Part shown: positions 62,045 to 64,000 of the stretch, in pieces
Numbering within the stretch: the stretch's first letter is position 1
Layout: the number at the start of each line of letters is the position of its first letter
Source of the DNA: Chiloscyllium plagiosum
Taxonomy: Eukaryota
NCBI RefSeq assembly: GCF_004010195.1
Contig: NC_057750.1
Span: 1,097,768-1,161,767, forward strand
Length of the DNA: 64,000 nt
Reading direction: 5' to 3'
The notes under the pieces: model-generated
Databases searched by the model: none
Told to the model about the DNA's origin: nothing
The model's input: the letters and a program-made list of their open reading frames with translations, nothing else
Program-made: the position numbers and the translations under genes

Positions 62045-62710
62045 TGATGGACCAGGCCAAATCCCCACAAAACATTTCAAAACAGTAGCCCAGACCCAAA
62101 CTTTTCTCGTTGTTTTAAGCAGGTGTATGGTGGATAGTCCAGGAGTGATGCAGCTGGTCAAATGAGTCAGTTTCAAACAAAGCAGAATTTATTTACAAGA
62201 TTACCAAATAAAACACAAACAAAAGAGAACAAAATACAAAATAACTTATCCTATCTGAAAATCCAACAGATCATCCCAATTTAATGATGCTGTTCCAAAT
62301 AGTTGCAACAATCCTCATAAATCCCCCCTTGGCACAAATGGGAAAATCAAACACAGGAGAGAGAGAGAGATAGCAGAGAGATTTAGCATGGAACACCTTC
62401 TTCCATGTAGCTGTGTCTTTGACCAACAGCCTCAAAACGGACTGACCACTTGCTCTGAACAGCCAGGCTGCTAAAACCTGAACCAAACCAGACCATATCA
62501 GACCAGACCAGAGAAAAGCTGAGCTGGGAGAACTGACCCTCTCCTTTCATTGCACAAGTGTTTGTTTTTAAATTTGAAAGCCTTTTGCCTGAGCAGTATC
62601 TGTTAGATATAATCAAATTGGCCCTAAAACCCATCCAAGCTAGAGATTTTGAAATCTATGCATTTACAACCACTCTGGGGAAACCTTGTTAAAGGAGCAG
62701 CATCATCACA
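62045..62710 (-). mobile_element. Solo-LTR-like repeat
   Basis: Starts tgatggaccaggccaaatccccacaaaacatttcaaaacagtagcccagacc (cf. 45069) and ends catcaCA. Confidence 0.55.
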
Positions 62711-62799
62711 GTTAAAAGACTCAACAACGTGAGTGGTCCCATTGCTTTAGGACCCTGCGGCAGATTGAGTTTAAACTGATAATTTCAATTGGCAATGGG

Positions 62800-63132
62800 G
62801 AGGAGTTGATAGCCTTGTGGTATTGTCACTGGTCTGTTCGTCTAGAAACCCAGGTAACGTTCTGGGTACCTGGGTTTAAATCCAGATTTGAATTTAATAA
62901 AGAATCTGGAATTAAGAACCTCATAATGACCACGAATCCATTATCTGGAAAAAAAACCAAATGGTTCACTAATATCCTTGAGGGAAGGAAACTGCCATCC
63001 TTACCTGGTCTGGCCTACATGTGACTCCAGACCCACAGCAATGTGGCTGACTCGAAGCTGCCCTCTGGGTAATTAGGGATGGGCAATAAATGCAGCCTGC
63101 CCAGTGACACCCTCATCCCATGAATAAATAAC
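62800..63132 (+). mobile_element. Second-family tRNA SINE, full length
   Basis: gccttgtggtattgtcactgg..ggcaataaatgc..ccctcatcccatgaataaa. Confidence 0.85.
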
Positions 63133-64000
63133 AACAATAAGAAGCTGCTTATCCCCTCAACCTGACTGCACAAAGTGAAGAATTCTTCCACCATCTCAAA
63201 GAAATCAATTAATGTTTATATTTCATTTTCCACTTCAGAAACATGTTATTTTAAATGGGATATGCTATAAATGGCCTGCCATATGTTAGTGACAAGATGA
63301 AGAGTATTCTCATTCATAAACAGTAAATACCTTTCCCCCACAATTTAATCATTGATGAATTACAACAGCTTCGCTCGTGAAATCCTTTCACATCTGAGCT
63401 GTATCCGTGAGGCAGCACCCACATGTTCTATTAATGCTTAATGGCCAGTTGCTGCTAATTTAACATGTAACTTTCCTTTTCATGCCAAATTCCATAATTT
63501 CCATGTTATTAAAGCTACCTCCACACCCTCTCGGAAATTTGATCTGTTCCTTGAAATATTCCTCCTTCATCCATGCCCCATGTTAAAATGAGAACATCCA
63601 TCTCACTGGCTCCCACACAAACTCCATGCATCCCAGACCTCGTAAGTTTAAACACCCTCACTCCTCCCCCTGCTCCTGGCAGCTTTTGAAACCCAATCAG
63701 CATCAACCCAACCATTGCCTCACGAATCTCAGAACAATACATTGTAGAATCAGGCCATTGGGCCCATTATATCAGTGCCAGGTCTTTGAATGAGCTGTGT
63801 TGGTTGCAACAGCTGGAAGCCAAGATTAGACTGCCTGCCAATACAGTTAAAGGTGCAGGTTGTGGAGTCAGGAGAATGGGCTGATGACTGGAAATCTAAA
63901 GGTGGCACTGACATTGCCTCCAGCTGCATGTCTCTTTGGTCCCAGGTGGAAGATACTGCCCTCATGAAGTTGCTGTATAAGACCATTGTAGTGTTTCACA

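Overview
Eukaryotic, repeat-dense genomic DNA from a cartilaginous fish (shark-type HE1 SINEs and their CR1/HER1-type partner LINEs are abundant). It has three assembly gaps. The only host gene I can support is a minus-strand LRFN1/SALM2-like synaptic adhesion gene. Its large first coding exon (signal peptide, LRRs, Ig, start of FN3) is at 34331-32944. The very end of its last coding exon (WMLESTV-stop, PDZ-binding motif) is at 11124-11101, right against a gap that hides the rest of that exon. The remainder is intron/UTR/intergenic DNA filled with decayed CR1, L2/jockey-group and Tx1 LINE pieces, three SINE families, solo-LTR-like repeats, a pogo/Tigger-type MITE, satellites and a degenerate telomere-like array. 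The most striking unexplained structure is a dense population of Penelope-like (PLE) fragments and PLE-derived mini-elements. They carry minimal hammerhead-ribozyme motifs (CUGANGA...GAAA with a palindromic 2-bp helix III) in at least four helix-II variants. Many are fold-back (inverted) insertions with 9-20 bp target-site duplications, and their inversion points cluster at the ribozyme. Repeat boundaries are read by eye and approximate. Family names rest on recalled consensus features, not database searches.
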